DNA from: Flavobacteriales bacterium | Lineage (GTDB): Bacteria > Bacteroidota > Bacteroidia > Flavobacteriales_D > Crocinitomicaceae | Assembly: GCA_947462255.1 (NCBI GenBank) | Contig: CANHOA010000003.1 | Coordinates: 24,891-88,890, forward strand | DNA length: 64,000 nt | Direction of reading: 5' to 3' | Shown here: positions 37,115 through 46,950 of the stretch, in pieces | Layout of the letters: each line of letters starts with the position of its first letter | How positions within the stretch are numbered: position 1 is the first letter of the stretch | The notes under the pieces: model-generated | Told to the model about the DNA's origin: nothing | Seen by the model: only the letters and a program-made list of their open reading frames with translations | Database searches by the model: none | Program-made: the position numbers and the translations under genes

Positions 37115-38584
37115 ATGTCAACGAGGAAAGGAGCCCTTGCTATTTATAATACATTAAGCGGAAAGAAGGAGTTGTTTCGCCCTATTCATGAGGGTCAAGT
37201 TGGAATGTATGTTTGTGGACCAACGGTCTATAATAATGTTCACCTTGGGAACTGTCGAACATTCATTTCGTTTGACCTTGCATATCGCTATTTGCTTCAT
37301 TTAGGATATAAAGTACGTTATGTCAGAAATATTACTGATGTGGGTCATTTAGAAAATGACGCAGACGAAGGAGAGGATAAGATCTCCAAAAAAGCACGGG
37401 CAGAAAAGGTGGAACCTATGGAAATCGTTCAGAAATATACGCTTGATTTTCACGGCGTAATGACGGCTTTTAATGCTTTGCCACCTAACATAGAGCCTAC
37501 TGCAACCGGACACATTATTGAGCAAATTGAATTAATTAATACCATTGTTAAAAATGGCTTTGCCTATGAATCAAATGGGTCGGTCTACTTTGATGTAGAA
37601 AAATATAATGCCAATCAGCCTTATGGAGAATTGTCTGGCCGTAAAATTGAAGATTTAATTGCTAACTCAAGGGTCCTTGACGGGCAAACCGAAAAGCGAG
37701 CGCCGCTAGATTTTGCACTTTGGAAAAATGCATCAGATGAACACATAATGAAATGGCCTTCACCATGGGGGCTGGGATTTCCTGGGTGGCACCTAGAATG
37801 CTCGGCTATGAGTGCTAAATACCTCGGCGAAGTGTTTGATATACACGGCGGCGGAATGGATCTAAAATTTCCACATCACGAATGTGAAATCGCACAAGGC
37901 TGCGCAGCCACTGGAAAAAAACCTGTCCAATATTGGATGCATGCCAACATGCTTACCCTTAACGGAAAGAAAATGAGCAAGTCCACTGGAAACTCCCTAT
38001 TGCCAGCAGACCTTTTTTCTGGTGAAAATGTATTGCTCAGCAAAAGTTTTCATCCGATGGTTGTGCGGTTTTTTATGATGCAGGCTCATTATCGAAACAC
38101 ACTAGATTTTACCAGCGAAGCACTAAATGCAGCAGAAAAAGGATTTGAAAAACTCATGTTGGCAATAGAAAATCTGCTGGTACTTGTTCCATCAAGTAAT
38201 TCAAGTATTAATACAAAAGTGCTTGTTGATGGGTTTTATGCCGCAATGGATGATGACTTCAATGCTCCGGCATTAGTCGCTTGTTTGTTTGATGCAGTAA
38301 AACAAATTAATGCTATTGTAGAGGGAAGAGCAACTATAAATAAGGATGATTTATTGGTTTTACAAAAAGAAATCTCCGTGTTTGTTTTTGAGGTCTTGGG
38401 CTTGCGGCGTCCCACAGAAAAAAACGATGATCAACGATTATCTAATGTAATGGCCTTGGTTTTAGAATTACGAGGGAGCGCAAGAGAAAATAAAGATTGG
38501 ATAACCTCTGACAAAATCCGTGATGGGCTTAGTAATGCAGGCATAATCGTTAGCGACGGAAAAGATGGCGCTAGTTGGAAATAA
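37115..38584 (+). CDS. cysS: Cysteine--tRNA ligase
   Basis: 489 aa counted from [16 protein letters not shown], with the HLGN (HIGH-type) and KMSKS motifs. The track's start at 36971 overlaps ispD and adds a non-homologous extension. Confidence 0.9.
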   Translation: MSTRKGALAIYNTLSGKKELFRPIHEGQVGMYVCGPTVYNNVHLGNCRTFISFDLAYRYLLHLGYKVRYVRNITDVGHLENDADEGEDKISKKARAEKVEPMEIVQKYTLDFHGVMTAFNALPPNIEPTATGHIIEQIELINTIVKNGFAYESNGSVYFDVEKYNANQPYGELSGRKIEDLIANSRVLDGQTEKRAPLDFALWKNASDEHIMKWPSPWGLGFPGWHLECSAMSAKYLGEVFDIHGGGMDLKFPHHECEIAQGCAATGKKPVQYWMHANMLTLNGKKMSKSTGNSLLPADLFSGENVLLSKSFHPMVVRFFMMQAHYRNTLDFTSEALNAAEKGFEKLMLAIENLLVLVPSSNSSINTKVLVDGFYAAMDDDFNAPALVACLFDAVKQINAIVEGRATINKDDLLVLQKEISVFVFEVLGLRRPTEKNDDQRLSNVMALVLELRGSARENKDWITSDKIRDGLSNAGIIVSDGKDGASWK

Positions 38585-38605
38585 CATTTAAGACTTTTTA
38601 AGAAA

Positions 38606-39118
38606 ATGGCTTTAATCAAATCATGTCAAGGCATATCACCCTTAATTTCAGAGGATTGCTATTTAGCCGAAAATGCAACAATTATTGGTGATGTGGTCCT
38701 AGGGTCCTTATGTTCTGTTTGGTTTAATGCCGTGATTCGTGGTGATGTAAACGCCATTCGTATTGGAAATAAGGTCAATGTTCAAGATGGAGCCGTACTA
38801 CATTGTACCTATCAAAAAACAACACTAACCATTGGTAATAATGTTTCTATTGGGCACAATGCACTTGTACATGGCTGCACAATCGAAGATAATGTGCTTG
38901 TTGGAATGGGCGCTATCGTAATGGATAATTGTTATGTTGAGTCAAACTGTATCATCGCTGCAGGAGCGGTTTTATTGGAGGGAACAAGAGTAGAATCTTG
39001 GAGCGTCTTTGCTGGCGTGCCGGCAAAAAAAATTAAACAACTCTCTCCTGAACTCTTTAAAGAAGAAGTCATGCGCATTGCTGATAATTATGTGTTTTAT
39101 GCTAGCTGGTTTAAATAA
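38606..39118 (+). CDS. Gamma carbonic anhydrase-family / hexapeptide-repeat protein
   Basis: 170 aa with left-handed beta-helix hexapeptide repeats and His-containing segments such as VLHC and IGHNALVHG. Confidence 0.8.
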   Translation: MALIKSCQGISPLISEDCYLAENATIIGDVVLGSLCSVWFNAVIRGDVNAIRIGNKVNVQDGAVLHCTYQKTTLTIGNNVSIGHNALVHGCTIEDNVLVGMGAIVMDNCYVESNCIIAAGAVLLEGTRVESWSVFAGVPAKKIKQLSPELFKEEVMRIADNYVFYASWFK

Positions 39119-39165
39119 TTGAGGCTTTGCTTTTTTTTTAGTTCTTTTGTATAAAATATAGCCTT

Positions 39166-39606
39166 ATGAAAACTGTTTTTTTAATCGCTCTTGTTGCTCT
39201 TGGTTTATTCTCTTGTAAGAAATATACTGATGGCGGCATGAAAAAATTAGCCCTTAGCCACCTAAGGGGAACGTGGAAATTAGAGCGCTACACTCGCAAT
39301 GATGTTGACTATACGGGAGATTTGTTGATTAATAGTTATAAGGAAACCTTTAACGAAGAAGGCACCTATTCCAGACAGCTTATTGATACTTTTAACGCAG
39401 TAGTAAATACCTCTGGTGGCTGGGACTTTGAAGGTGATCGGTCTTTGTTAAGAATTAGTGGCGCTGGTTTTTATAACCTAACGCCAGGAGTGTCAACAGC
39501 CACAGCTCAATCAGGCTACACAATAAATCGATTAACTAAATCAGATTTGTGGTACAGCTACGAAGATGCTTGGGGAAAACATGATTTTAGACTAATAAAA
39601 CAATAA
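39166..39606 (+). CDS. Small lipoprotein, function unknown (lipocalin-like size)
   Basis: 146 aa with signal peptide plus lipobox LGLFSC. Confidence 0.55.
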   Translation: MKTVFLIALVALGLFSCKKYTDGGMKKLALSHLRGTWKLERYTRNDVDYTGDLLINSYKETFNEEGTYSRQLIDTFNAVVNTSGGWDFEGDRSLLRISGAGFYNLTPGVSTATAQSGYTINRLTKSDLWYSYEDAWGKHDFRLIKQ

Positions 39607-39619
39607 CCCTGAGTCGCAG

Positions 39620-40915
39620 ATGAAATATTTACCCATTAATGCTTCGCTGTTTATTACAAACCGCGAATCTTTTGTCAAGCAAATGGTAGAAGGAGCACTA
39701 GCGGTGTTTAACTCCAACGATATTTTCCCTATTAGTGCGGATAGTACGATGCCTTTTCAGCAACACCGTGATATTTTTCACTTAAGTGGAGTTGATCAAG
39801 AAGAGTCTATTTTAGTGCTTTTTCCAAGTGCAAGCAATCCTGCGCATCGGGAAATATTATTCTTAAAAGAAACGAGTGAGCTGATCGCTATTTGGGAAGG
39901 AGAAAAATTAACAAAATCAACTGCATTCGAAGCGTCAGGAATTAAAACCGTTTATTGGCTGCAACAATTTCCTGTAATTTTTAAACAAGTTATGGCTGAA
40001 TGTTCTGCCATTTACGTAAATACAAATGAACACCTTAGGGCATCTACAATAGTTGAAACTAGAGAAGATCGGTTCATAAAGACGGTGACGAATGATTATC
40101 CTGCCCATCATATTTTAAAATCGGCGCCCATCATGCACCGTATTCGCTCAATTAAGCACCCCATTGAAATCGAATTAATGCAAACAGCGTGTAATATTAC
40201 TGAAGCTGGATTTAGACGATTGCTTGGCTTTGTAAAGCCTGGCGTTTGGGAATATGAGATTGAAGCAGAGTTATCCCATGAATTTCTTCGAAATCGTTCT
40301 AAAGGATTTGCCTATACGCCAATTATTGCTTCGGGTAAAAATGCCTGTGTACTGCATTATATTGAAAACAACAAACAATGTAAAGATGGCGATGTTATTT
40401 TATTAGATGTTGCTGCAGAATACGCTAATTATTCATCTGACTTAACCAGGTGTGTTCCTGTAAATGGTCGATTTACAAAACGTCAAAAAGATGTTTACAA
40501 CGCTGTTCTTCATGTAAAAAAAGAAGCGGAAAAACTGTTATTACCTGGAGTAATTATGGCTGACTATCATAAAACCGTAGGTTTATTGATGGAAGAACAA
40601 CTCGTTAAGCTCCAACTAATCTCGCTCGACGATATTAAAAACCAAAAGGCTGATTGGCCCGCTTACAAAAAGTATTTTATGCACGGCACATCTCATTTTA
40701 TTGGCCTGGACACACATGATGTTGGCTTATGGCACGAACCCATCAAAGCTGGGATGGTCTTTACCTGTGAACCAGGAATTTATATTCCGGAAGAAGGCTT
40801 AGGGATTAGATTAGAGGATGATTTACTTGTTCAAAAAACAGGAGCCCCATTCAACTTAATGGGAAATATTCCATTAGAAGCGGAAGCCATTGAAGACCTC
40901 ATGAATCGTGGCTAA
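39620..40915 (+). CDS. Xaa-Pro aminopeptidase (M24B)
   Basis: 431 aa with metal-ligand contexts LLDVAAEY..SDLTR, HGTSHFIGLDTHD, EPGIY and RLEDD. Confidence 0.85.
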   Translation: MKYLPINASLFITNRESFVKQMVEGALAVFNSNDIFPISADSTMPFQQHRDIFHLSGVDQEESILVLFPSASNPAHREILFLKETSELIAIWEGEKLTKSTAFEASGIKTVYWLQQFPVIFKQVMAECSAIYVNTNEHLRASTIVETREDRFIKTVTNDYPAHHILKSAPIMHRIRSIKHPIEIELMQTACNITEAGFRRLLGFVKPGVWEYEIEAELSHEFLRNRSKGFAYTPIIASGKNACVLHYIENNKQCKDGDVILLDVAAEYANYSSDLTRCVPVNGRFTKRQKDVYNAVLHVKKEAEKLLLPGVIMADYHKTVGLLMEEQLVKLQLISLDDIKNQKADWPAYKKYFMHGTSHFIGLDTHDVGLWHEPIKAGMVFTCEPGIYIPEEGLGIRLEDDLLVQKTGAPFNLMGNIPLEAEAIEDLMNRG

Positions 40916-41687
40916 AGGATTACATTACCGCATCTTTGGTGCTGGTTATACAACGGTTTACTTACATGGGTTTTTAGAGTCTTCCACAATGTGGGACCCC
41001 TTAGATTTAGTCAATCAACCTGGTCAACACCTATTAATTGACCTACCTGGACACGGAAAATCACCTTTAATTGACGATTCTGATACCCCTTCTATTCGCT
41101 TTATGGCTGAAGAGGTGGTGCGTGTCTTGAAAGAACTAAACATCAAAGAATACCGTGTTATTGGACATAGTATGGGGGGATATGTTGCCTTGGAGCTATT
41201 TAACATGCGTTTAGAAACCGCTTCTATACTGAAGCACGTAACCTTAATGAACTCAAACTGTTGGGAAGATAATGAAATTAAAAAAGGGGAGCGCTTAAAA
41301 ATTGTTCGGATTGCCTACAAAGCAAAAGACCTTTTTATTAACGAAGTGATTCCTAATCTTTTTGCACGAGCACACGATTTTTATCCTCAAATTGAAGCCC
41401 TGAAAAAAGAAGCTAAAGAGATAAGTTCAGACTCCATTGCATACGCTACATTAGCTATTCGTAACCGAAACGATTACACAGCTTTAGTTTTGTCTAATCC
41501 GGAGTGTTTTACATTTATTCATGGTGCCTTGGATCGTTTGGTCAGCATGGATGACATTCAATTGCGCTTAGTCTTACCTATGGAGCCCTCTCCAAAAATT
41601 ATCATTCTCCCCTCGGCTGGTCATATGGCGCACTGGGAAACGAAAAAAGAACTCATCGATATTCTTTATCCAAACCCTGAACTCTAG
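40908..41687 (+). CDS. Alpha/beta hydrolase
   Basis: 259 aa with an HGF oxyanion region, a GHSMGG nucleophile elbow and a C-terminal GHMAHWE. Its GTG start overlaps the upstream stop by 8 nt. Confidence 0.75.
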   Translation: MAKGLHYRIFGAGYTTVYLHGFLESSTMWDPLDLVNQPGQHLLIDLPGHGKSPLIDDSDTPSIRFMAEEVVRVLKELNIKEYRVIGHSMGGYVALELFNMRLETASILKHVTLMNSNCWEDNEIKKGERLKIVRIAYKAKDLFINEVIPNLFARAHDFYPQIEALKKEAKEISSDSIAYATLAIRNRNDYTALVLSNPECFTFIHGALDRLVSMDDIQLRLVLPMEPSPKIIILPSAGHMAHWETKKELIDILYPNPEL

Positions 41688-41723
41688 GTTTTGAACAGCA
41701 AAAATAAGAGGAACAACGCTAGT

Positions 41724-44063
41724 TTATAACTTAATAATCCTAACCGTTTTAATGCCGCTTTGATTGTAAGCATTAACAAAGTAAATGCCCTGAGGAACAC
41801 TTAATTCGATAGACACTTCCTTTTGATTATTCACAACTGATTGACCAACCAATCGGCCCCCCATATCCGTGATAGACAATACCCCAGTGAATGCAGCATC
41901 AAAGGAAATATTTACTTGATTTACCACAGGATTTGGAAACACAGTAAAGGATGCTGAAGACAACTCATCCATTCCGACATTTGTAATCGAAATACAATTG
42001 GAGGTGTCAGAGCAACCATTGCTATTTGTGCTTATTACCGCATAAATGCCATTTTGACTAGCGGTAAAAGATGAGCTGTTGGCTCCAGGAAGTGCTGAGC
42101 TTGTGTTGCAATTTATCCACTGATAAGTCAACCCTGTATTTGTTGAGCTAAGCAATAGAAGTGAGTTGTTAGGACTCACTGAAATAACATTGCCAACTTG
42201 CTCGATGGTTAAATTAAGGGTGACAATACTATCGCATCCCTGAACATTGGTATAGGTTGCAGTATAACTCCCAGCCTGTGTATAAACTTGTCCATTAAAC
42301 AAAAACTGAGCTCCCTGACAGATGGTTTCGTTCAAATTCGTTTCTTGGATCGCACATCCAATATAAACAAAATCAGTATATATTGTATTGGACAAGGTGT
42401 CCACCTGAGCAGAAATCGTAGAATAGCCCACTGCTCCGCTAACAAAAGAAGATGGATTAATGGTAGAAACCGTAGCTAATATGGGCGTATTAAATCCCCA
42501 CGATACCGAAGATGCGCCTAAAGCCTCCACTTGCATACTGGCGTTCGAACAAAGAGCATATGCACAATGTATCACCGGCTGAGCTTGTAAATTAAAGTTT
42601 GCATTTTGAACCAGTAAAGTGTCTCCGCTTGACAAATAAACTGGCAAACTTATTCCATTAGCACCATCTCCACCTTTTCCACCTGCGCCTCCGGCACCGC
42701 CAGCACCGCCAGCACCACCATCACCAATTTCACTACTGCATGCCGCTTGAATACCCGCTCCACTGCCTCCATTTCCGCCAGCACCACCATTGCCACCCAC
42801 TCCACCTGACCCTAGGTTTCCTGCTTGAACGAAACAATCAACCATACTTCCATTGGGACCATTAACATTGATGTAAATTCCAAAGGAAGAACCTCCTCCA
42901 TAACCGCCTGTTCCACTAGTTCCACCCTGACCTCCGCCACCGCCACCGCTTCCACCATTTCCTGGGCCGTTGTCGCAGAAAGTACAATTCTGTCGACCAC
43001 CGCCTCCACCGCCTCCACCGCCAGATCCACCACAACCGTCTAAGCCTGTTGAGCCTTGATTGCCCGGCATCCAAAAACCACCAGAATGTTGACCTTGAGA
43101 TCCATTAGCGCCTTGAGCCCCAACTAAACCAGACAAACCGTTACCGCCACTGGTTCCATTTCCTCCCGGATCGCCCTCATTTCCCTTAATGCCTGAAGTG
43201 CCGCCATTGTTACAAGCAGACGCGCCTCCAAGACCTCCATTTCCGGCGTTATTTGAATAACATTCGTCTCCACCCGCACCGCCGCCGCCGCCGCCGCCGC
43301 CATTTCTAGCCGTTCCTGCTGTTCCTGCCGTTCCCGGATTTTGCGCGTTATTTTGATTCGGCCCACCTGAACCACCACCTGAACCACTAGCGCCAGCGCC
43401 ACCCGCACCGCCACTTGCTCCGGCAGAACCATTTCCGAAAGTACAATCACTACCATTACAAGAACCAGAATTTCCTAATGAACCATTGTTTCCATTGGCC
43501 CCAGCGACTCCAATTGTACCTGAAAAACCAGCGCTTGCGTGACCAGCAATAAATTGACAACGAACCAAATTATAAGCAGAACAGCTGTCCATGTAAAACG
43601 CATAAGTGCTCACACCAAAAGGTGCATTTGCGTTTGATGCGGCTGCACTCTGGGTTTGAATCGTTAAATCTTGAAATCGAAAACCTGTATTACTCACTAA
43701 TTCCACTGCAGAAATTCGCGGACTGTTCGCTGGCCCTGAGGGATTTGTATTGCTTCGATAAATCGTTGTGGCACCAGCTAAACTTGTTTTTGTCCAAGCA
43801 AGCGTGTCTATAAATCCACCTTCAACCACTACGTTTTGTCCCGCTAAAAATAAGGGTGCGCTTATAAAATAGGTTCCAATTGCCATTCTAATATAGCTTC
43901 CCGAAGAGGCCGTTGTAAAGGCGGTGACCAGATCCATGGGGTCATTCATGGTTCCAATCGAAGTTGCTTGTCCTGTTGGTGTTACATATAGTATTTGACA
44001 TTGCGAAAAAGCAATGTTATTAACCAATACAGCAAAAATTATGTATAGTAATCCTTTTTTCAT
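41724..44063 (-). CDS. T9SS type A cargo protein with pectin-lyase-fold-like N-terminus and a ~300-aa glycine-rich/collagen-like core
   Basis: 779 aa with a signal peptide. The N-terminus YVTPTGQATSIGTMNDPMDLVTAF..GTYFISAPL looks like a DUF1565/beta-helix start. Residues ~175-470 are dominated by G with N/S/A/T, including 12 consecutive G-X-Y triplets GIKGNEGDPGGNGTSGGNGLSGLVGAQGANGSQGQ. The C-terminal tail is FTVFPNPVVNQVNISF..GIYFVNAYN..VRIIKL. Confidence 0.8.
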   Translation of the reverse strand: MKKGLLYIIFAVLVNNIAFSQCQILYVTPTGQATSIGTMNDPMDLVTAFTTASSGSYIRMAIGTYFISAPLFLAGQNVVVEGGFIDTLAWTKTSLAGATTIYRSNTNPSGPANSPRISAVELVSNTGFRFQDLTIQTQSAAASNANAPFGVSTYAFYMDSCSAYNLVRCQFIAGHASAGFSGTIGVAGANGNNGSLGNSGSCNGSDCTFGNGSAGASGGAGGAGASGSGGGSGGPNQNNAQNPGTAGTAGTARNGGGGGGGGAGGDECYSNNAGNGGLGGASACNNGGTSGIKGNEGDPGGNGTSGGNGLSGLVGAQGANGSQGQHSGGFWMPGNQGSTGLDGCGGSGGGGGGGGGRQNCTFCDNGPGNGGSGGGGGGQGGTSGTGGYGGGSSFGIYINVNGPNGSMVDCFVQAGNLGSGGVGGNGGAGGNGGSGAGIQAACSSEIGDGGAGGAGGAGGAGGKGGDGANGISLPVYLSSGDTLLVQNANFNLQAQPVIHCAYALCSNASMQVEALGASSVSWGFNTPILATVSTINPSSFVSGAVGYSTISAQVDTLSNTIYTDFVYIGCAIQETNLNETICQGAQFLFNGQVYTQAGSYTATYTNVQGCDSIVTLNLTIEQVGNVISVSPNNSLLLLSSTNTGLTYQWINCNTSSALPGANSSSFTASQNGIYAVISTNSNGCSDTSNCISITNVGMDELSSASFTVFPNPVVNQVNISFDAAFTGVLSITDMGGRLVGQSVVNNQKEVSIELSVPQGIYFVNAYNQSGIKTVRIIKL
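43281..43301 (-). repeat. (GGC)7 trinucleotide microsatellite encoding poly-Gly
   Basis: The plus strand carries gcc x7. On the coding strand, GGC x7 plus GGT encodes G8 in ..TARNGGGGGGGGAGGDE.. Confidence 0.9.
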
Positions 44064-44100
44064 ATCTGTAAATTTTCAATAAATATACACAATAAATGTG

Positions 44101-44787
44101 TTATTCTGCATTGATGATCTCATGCAGCCATCCATCAACCGTCTTTGCATCATCTATGGAGCAAGCCCCTGATTTTGTTCTTCTTAAGGTCGTTAAAGTT
44201 GCGCCAGCGCCTAATTTCTTTCCAAAATCATGGGCAATAGATCGAATATAGGTTCCTTTGGAGCAACTAATAGAAAAAGATATTTGTGGAAATGCGCTTG
44301 CGTCTATTGAAAAATGCTTAATATTTATTTTATTAGGCTTTAATACTAGCTCTTTTCCTTCTCTCGCATAATCGTAAGCGCGTTTTCCATTGATTTTTTT
44401 TGCGGAAAAGATAGGTGGTATTTGTTCCTGCTCCCCTAAAAATGCTTGCCTAACCAACTCAATTGCCGCTAAACTAATCGAAGACACATCGAACTCTTGG
44501 TCAAATTCGGTTTCTAAGTCATATGAAGGTGTTGTTTTTCCAAGCAGAATGATTCCTGTATATTCTTTGTCTTGACCAATTAAATCATCGATTAACTTGG
44601 TGTTTTTTCCCGTGCAAATAATTAATAGGCCCGTGGCTAATGGGTCAAGGGTGCCGGCATGGCCCACTTTAATGTTTTTTATCTTAAGCTTTTGTTTTAT
44701 ATTCCAACGGATTTTATTCACAACATCGAACGACGTCCATCCAATAGGTTTATCAATCAATAATGTTTCGCCAGAGATAAAATCCAT
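44101..44787 (-). CDS. truB: tRNA pseudouridine(55) synthase
   Basis: MDFISGETLLIDKPIGWTSFDVV followed by the catalytic-Asp context GHAGTLDPLATGLL. I prefer ATG 44787; the track start 44859 overlaps uppP. Confidence 0.9.
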   Translation of the reverse strand: MDFISGETLLIDKPIGWTSFDVVNKIRWNIKQKLKIKNIKVGHAGTLDPLATGLLIICTGKNTKLIDDLIGQDKEYTGIILLGKTTPSYDLETEFDQEFDVSSISLAAIELVRQAFLGEQEQIPPIFSAKKINGKRAYDYAREGKELVLKPNKINIKHFSIDASAFPQISFSISCSKGTYIRSIAHDFGKKLGAGATLTTLRRTKSGACSIDDAKTVDGWLHEIINAE

Positions 44788-44788
44788 G

Positions 44789-45598
44789 TTAGCGCAGAAA
44801 ATAAATAAGCAGTGAACAGCCAATAAGTACCCTGTACCATCCCCAAACTTTAAAGCCATACTTTTGTAAAAATCCCAAGAAAAACTTAATGGCTAGTGCA
44901 GCAATTAAAAACGCAATGATATTGCCCACTATAAAAAATTGCGTGTTTTGTTGGGAAGATAAAATCATATCAATCCCAGTTTGATGAGTTCCTTTATACG
45001 TCCAATCTTTTAAAAATAAAGAATAGCACGTGACGGCAAACATTGTGGGTACCGCTAGAAAAAAACTAAATTCTGCTGCCGCCTTGCGCGAAAGCCCTTG
45101 TTGCATGCCGCCAATTATTGACGCTGCAGAGCGACTCGTTCCCGGCATCATGGCTAAGCATTGCCAAAAACCAATTTTAACCGCACTGAGCTTTGAAACA
45201 TTATCTACCGAATCAAATCGTGGATGATTAAACAGGCGATCTATGAAAAGGAGGACCACACCTCCTAAAATTAACATTACAGCAATCGGTATTGGCTTCT
45301 CTAGAACGGCCTCTATTTTATCGTCGAAAAGCTTTCCTAAAACTAGGGCGGGGATAACTCCAATAATCAATTTTATATAAAATTGAGGAGAGCTAAAATT
45401 AAAAAAGCGACGCCAATACATGGATACAACGGCTAAAATTGCACCAAACTGAATAGAAACTTGAAACATTTTCACAAATTCATCGGTTTCAATTCCGAAG
45501 ATTGAGCTTGCGAAAATCATGTGTGCGGTGCTAGAAACAGGTAAGAACTCCGTTATTCCCTCTATGATTGCTAAAATAATCGCTTCACTAAAGGTCAT
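44789..45598 (-). CDS. uppP: Undecaprenyl-diphosphate phosphatase
   Basis: 269-aa polytopic protein with EGITEFLPVSSTAHM and PGTSRSAASI motifs. Confidence 0.9.
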   Translation of the reverse strand: MTFSEAIILAIIEGITEFLPVSSTAHMIFASSIFGIETDEFVKMFQVSIQFGAILAVVSMYWRRFFNFSSPQFYIKLIIGVIPALVLGKLFDDKIEAVLEKPIPIAVMLILGGVVLLFIDRLFNHPRFDSVDNVSKLSAVKIGFWQCLAMMPGTSRSAASIIGGMQQGLSRKAAAEFSFFLAVPTMFAVTCYSLFLKDWTYKGTHQTGIDMILSSQQNTQFFIVGNIIAFLIAALAIKFFLGFLQKYGFKVWGWYRVLIGCSLLIYFLR

Positions 45599-45607
45599 AA
45601 AATGGAA

Positions 45608-45976
45608 TTACTTTTTATTTTTATTGAAGTAACTCTGTTTTTGAGTAAGAGGTGTTTCTGTCTTTTTTTGCGCTTGAGCGCCTACGATTTCTTTATCCAC
45701 TTGTGGTATATCGTTATCCGTTTTACCTGATAAAGCATTAGGGTTTTTAGGTTTTTTTATAATACTAAAAAGGATTACAATGTAGCCTCCAACAATTAAC
45801 ATCGGAGCAATCGTTATTCTAACTGTACTGAATAATTCGCTTGCATCAAACTTGCTGGGGTCATCCGATCCGCCGCCAATCATTAATAAAAAACCTAAAA
45901 TATTAATCGCCAGTCCTATCAAAAGGATCTTATAATTTTCCGCTTGGAAACCAAAGTGTTTTATTGGATTATTCAT
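45608..45976 (-). CDS. DUF3098-like small membrane protein
   Basis: 122 aa with two TM segments (ILLIGLAINILGFLLMIGG and APMLIVGGYIVILFSII). It sits between ftsX and uppP, as I recall for this family in Bacteroidota. Confidence 0.65.
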   Translation of the reverse strand: MNNPIKHFGFQAENYKILLIGLAINILGFLLMIGGGSDDPSKFDASELFSTVRITIAPMLIVGGYIVILFSIIKKPKNPNALSGKTDNDIPQVDKEIVGAQAQKKTETPLTQKQSYFNKNKK

Positions 45977-45981
45977 AATCG

Positions 45982-46866
45982 TTAATATAAATCATCTAAT
46001 TTCATACGAAGATACTTGTTTAATGCAAACCAAGTAGAAATTAGCGTGATAAAAACACCTAAAAACAATAATGATACTATGAGCAATGATAAAACTTGCC
46101 ACGAAAAAGTGACTTCAATTGTTTCTAAAACATTATTTAATGCAAAAAAAGAGGTCATCAAAAAGGCAAGCGCAATAATCGCCGCTATACAACCTTGATA
46201 TACTGCTTGTAATAGAAAGGGGCGGCGGATATACTTCCCAGTAGCACCTACTAAGGTCATTGTTTTGATGGTAAACCGTTTTGAATAAAGAGACATTCTT
46301 ATGGTGTTGTTTATCATTGCAACAGCAATTATTATTAACAAGGCTGCAACTGATAAAAATAAAAAAACAAACTGTTTAAAGCCTAAATTCACCTTTTCAA
46401 CACTAGACTCATCATAATTAACCTCATCGATTTCTTGCGGAAAGGCTTTAATTAGCTTTGTTTTAATCTCTTTCATTCCCTTTTTTGTAGCATAATTGGC
46501 TTTGGGAGAAAAGCATAAAGACGGGGGGAGTGGATTTTCCCCTTCTAATAATTCTTTAATTTCGATTTGCCCTTCTCCGCCGAATTCTTGAATGGCTCGT
46601 TCAGGCGAAACAAACCATATTTTTTTAAACATTGGCCAAGATTTAAGGCGCAACTCTATTTGTTTTATATCAGCATCTTTTAAGGTGGGCTTGAAGAAAA
46701 TGTCTCCTTGAAGGCTTTCTTTTGCCTGGCTTTGAATATTACTTAGACCAAACATAGCACTCAAAACAATTCCGATCATAAATAAAACCAAGGAAATACC
46801 AATCAATGTAGATATATAGCTTGTTTTTATTCCTATTTTATTATATTTTTCAATTGATTTTGACAT
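45982..46866 (-). CDS. ftsX: Cell division permease-like protein FtsX
   Basis: 294 aa with an N-terminal TM, a periplasmic loop and three C-terminal TMs (FtsX-like permease layout). No ftsE is adjacent. Confidence 0.7.
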   Translation of the reverse strand: MSKSIEKYNKIGIKTSYISTLIGISLVLFMIGIVLSAMFGLSNIQSQAKESLQGDIFFKPTLKDADIKQIELRLKSWPMFKKIWFVSPERAIQEFGGEGQIEIKELLEGENPLPPSLCFSPKANYATKKGMKEIKTKLIKAFPQEIDEVNYDESSVEKVNLGFKQFVFLFLSVAALLIIIAVAMINNTIRMSLYSKRFTIKTMTLVGATGKYIRRPFLLQAVYQGCIAAIIALAFLMTSFFALNNVLETIEVTFSWQVLSLLIVSLLFLGVFITLISTWFALNKYLRMKLDDLY

Positions 46867-46950
46867 ACTTCAAAAGTATAAAAAAAACGTTTGTGATATT
46901 TGTGGACGCTAAATGAGTAATCAACGTTGAATTGTGTATTGCTTAATTAT

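Noticed and set aside
42812-43456. Three track ORFs (42812-43033 minus, 42825-43043 plus, 43124-43456 minus) inside the glycine-rich gene.
   Set aside because: They are alternative-frame or antisense shadows created by the GC-rich 3-nt periodic repeat. Their products are low-complexity A/V/E or T/S strings. The 779-aa frame has a signal peptide and a T9SS tail.
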